IMG/VR virus record: IMGVR_UViG_3300035698_016128
Coordinates: 1 to 64,000 of that record
From: a virus
Direction: 5' to 3' (one strand)
DNA: 64,000 bases
Part shown: piece after piece, positions 62,880-64,000 of the stretch
How the letters are laid out: every line of letters starts with the position of its first letter
Position numbering within the stretch: the stretch's first letter is position 1
Program-made: the position numbers and the translations under genes
Notes under the pieces: model-generated
The model's input: the letters and a program-made list of their open reading frames with translations, nothing else
Databases searched by the model: none
What the model was told of the DNA's origin: nothing

Positions 62880-63258
62880 TCTTGCGCCCCTTACGGTATG
62901 CGTTAAACTCATGCAGTGGCATTGCGCCACAGTCTAGCCTAAGCATCTTACTTTGCTTTTCACGCTTCAGAATATTGTCCCAATTCATATAGCGCCAGAT
63001 CAACTCTCTTATGTTCGGTATTTCTTTTGATTCAGGGTAGTGCTTCCGCATGCTCCTATCAAACGCCCTTCCCTTGATCGGGCCACGCAACGGAACGCCA
63101 TAGTGCTTCAGGAATGCCTTGTTAAACCGCGTAGAGTACCTCTCAACACTCTTGTGGACTTTGATTGCATCATGGACTAGCCCGAAACCGTATGCCATCT
63201 CAACACGGAGTCTAAACACATATCGCTTAGCCATTCCCTCAAGTGTCTTTCCGCCCAT
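62830..63258 (-). CDS. Hypothetical basic protein
   Basis: AGGAGG SD; downstream of a strong promoter match. Confidence 0.65.
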   Translation of the reverse strand: MGGKTLEGMAKRYVFRLRVEMAYGFGLVHDAIKVHKSVERYSTRFNKAFLKHYGVPLRGPIKGRAFDRSMRKHYPESKEIPNIRELIWRYMNWDNILKREKQSKMLRLDCGAMPLHEFNAYRKGRKNGTATRGLKYQPGGIL

Positions 63259-63311
63259 GAAGCCCTCCTAGTATCACCCCCAAACTCATACAATCAATTC
63301 ATCCAGTTCAC

Positions 63312-63340
63312 AGTATACAACAAGGATTACCTTATTACAA
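63312..63340 (-). promoter_or_regulatory. Sigma70-type promoter (early or middle)
   Basis: TTGTAA-17 nt-TATACT in the intergenic gap. Confidence 0.7.
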
Positions 63341-63341
63341 A

Positions 63342-63731
63342 CTAATGCAGAGGGTCACCCGGTTGCCATAACACTCGCCTGCTCATGACTTCCCTTATTT
63401 TTTGGCTACGCAGGAACTTCTGAAGCAAATCCATGATGAGGCCAACAGCCAGATCCTTATTCGTGCAATTGTGGTCCCAACCAAAGGTCTCGGTATCGGT
63501 ATTGAAGCCAATATCAACTTCGTAAAGCTCCTTGTACTTTGCGGCCCGAATGTCCTTGCCTCTATCAAGCTGAGTTTCAAGGAAGGCACTCAGGAACTTT
63601 ATAGCGGCCTCTTCGTCGGCAAGGTTTGTGTAGAAGCAGGTATCGCGGAACTCTTCATCAACCACAGCCACATCAATCAGCATCCAAATATTCATATCCA
63701 CATCATCAGGACTACCAGTGTCCGTTTCCAT
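63342..63731 (-). CDS. Hypothetical acidic protein
   Basis: GGGGAG SD; open frame. Confidence 0.6.
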   Translation of the reverse strand: METDTGSPDDVDMNIWMLIDVAVVDEEFRDTCFYTNLADEEAAIKFLSAFLETQLDRGKDIRAAKYKELYEVDIGFNTDTETFGWDHNCTNKDLAVGLIMDLLQKFLRSQKIREVMSRRVLWQPGDPLH

Positions 63732-63741
63732 ATTTCTCCCC

Positions 63742-63999
63742 CTACGGCAAATTGTTGATTGCGTCCTGGGCTTCCATAAGGACTAAATCTCTGTCGAGTG
63801 GCACTTCTGAGAACCACGATATCGACGCGTCCTTCTTATCACCGGCATTGCACATGACATAATACCACACGTACCCCGGAGGCGCATACTCAAGCAGGGT
63901 CCACATGCCGTCAGCGGTTCTGAACCCAAAGGAGGAATCGCCTTCGCGTATGATCGTATTGATTGGCACGTATGGCGAAAGCTCTGCCTCCGTAAACAT
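63742..63999 (-). CDS. Hypothetical protein, possibly truncated by the window edge
   Basis: Open frame reaching the right end of the window. Confidence 0.5.
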   Translation of the reverse strand: MFTEAELSPYVPINTIIREGDSSFGFRTADGMWTLLEYAPPGYVWYYVMCNAGDKKDASISWFSEVPLDRDLVLMEAQDAINNLP

Positions 64000-64000
64000 C

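Noticed and set aside
1-64000. Alternative genetic code (stop-codon recoding)
   Set aside because: Known phage genes are full length and tightly packed under the standard code.

Overview
A 64-kb segment of a large tailed dsDNA phage; I saw no host housekeeping genes, rRNA, tRNA, CRISPR array or integrase. Bases 1-4891 (+) hold a Rad50/SbcC-like ATPase, a RuvC-like resolvase and small unknown genes. These end at paired hairpins that face a ~59-kb run of minus-strand genes. Read in transcription order (right to left), that run has small early-type genes, a 5'-3' exonuclease, and a terminator plus promoter with a tandem 11-mer. Then come TerS, a Mu-like TerL and a DUF935-like portal, followed by a 12-kb insert (a signal-peptide-bearing 2104-aa repeat fibre, an HTH-phosphoesterase, an NlpC/P60 hydrolase). 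Next are a Mu-like protease/scaffold, decoration protein, major capsid, neck genes, a non-contractile tail tube, a chaperone with a probable -1 frameshift, the tape measure, a second tube-like protein and a tail-tip cluster. Coupled directly to the last tail gene is an 11.5-kb modification cluster: four glycosyltransferase-like genes, four radical SAM-family genes, three methyltransferase-family genes (one fused to a P-loop kinase) and a sulfotransferase. Two of these, a B12-type radical SAM and a methyltransferase, have lost their catalytic motifs but remain intact ORFs. Holin- and spanin-like genes close the operon. The best candidate for a new system is this late-operon glycan-tailoring cluster, possibly acting on the Ser/Thr-rich fibre or other virion proteins. 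All family assignments come from reading motifs by eye; no database search was run. An anaerobic Gram-negative host is inferred, not shown.
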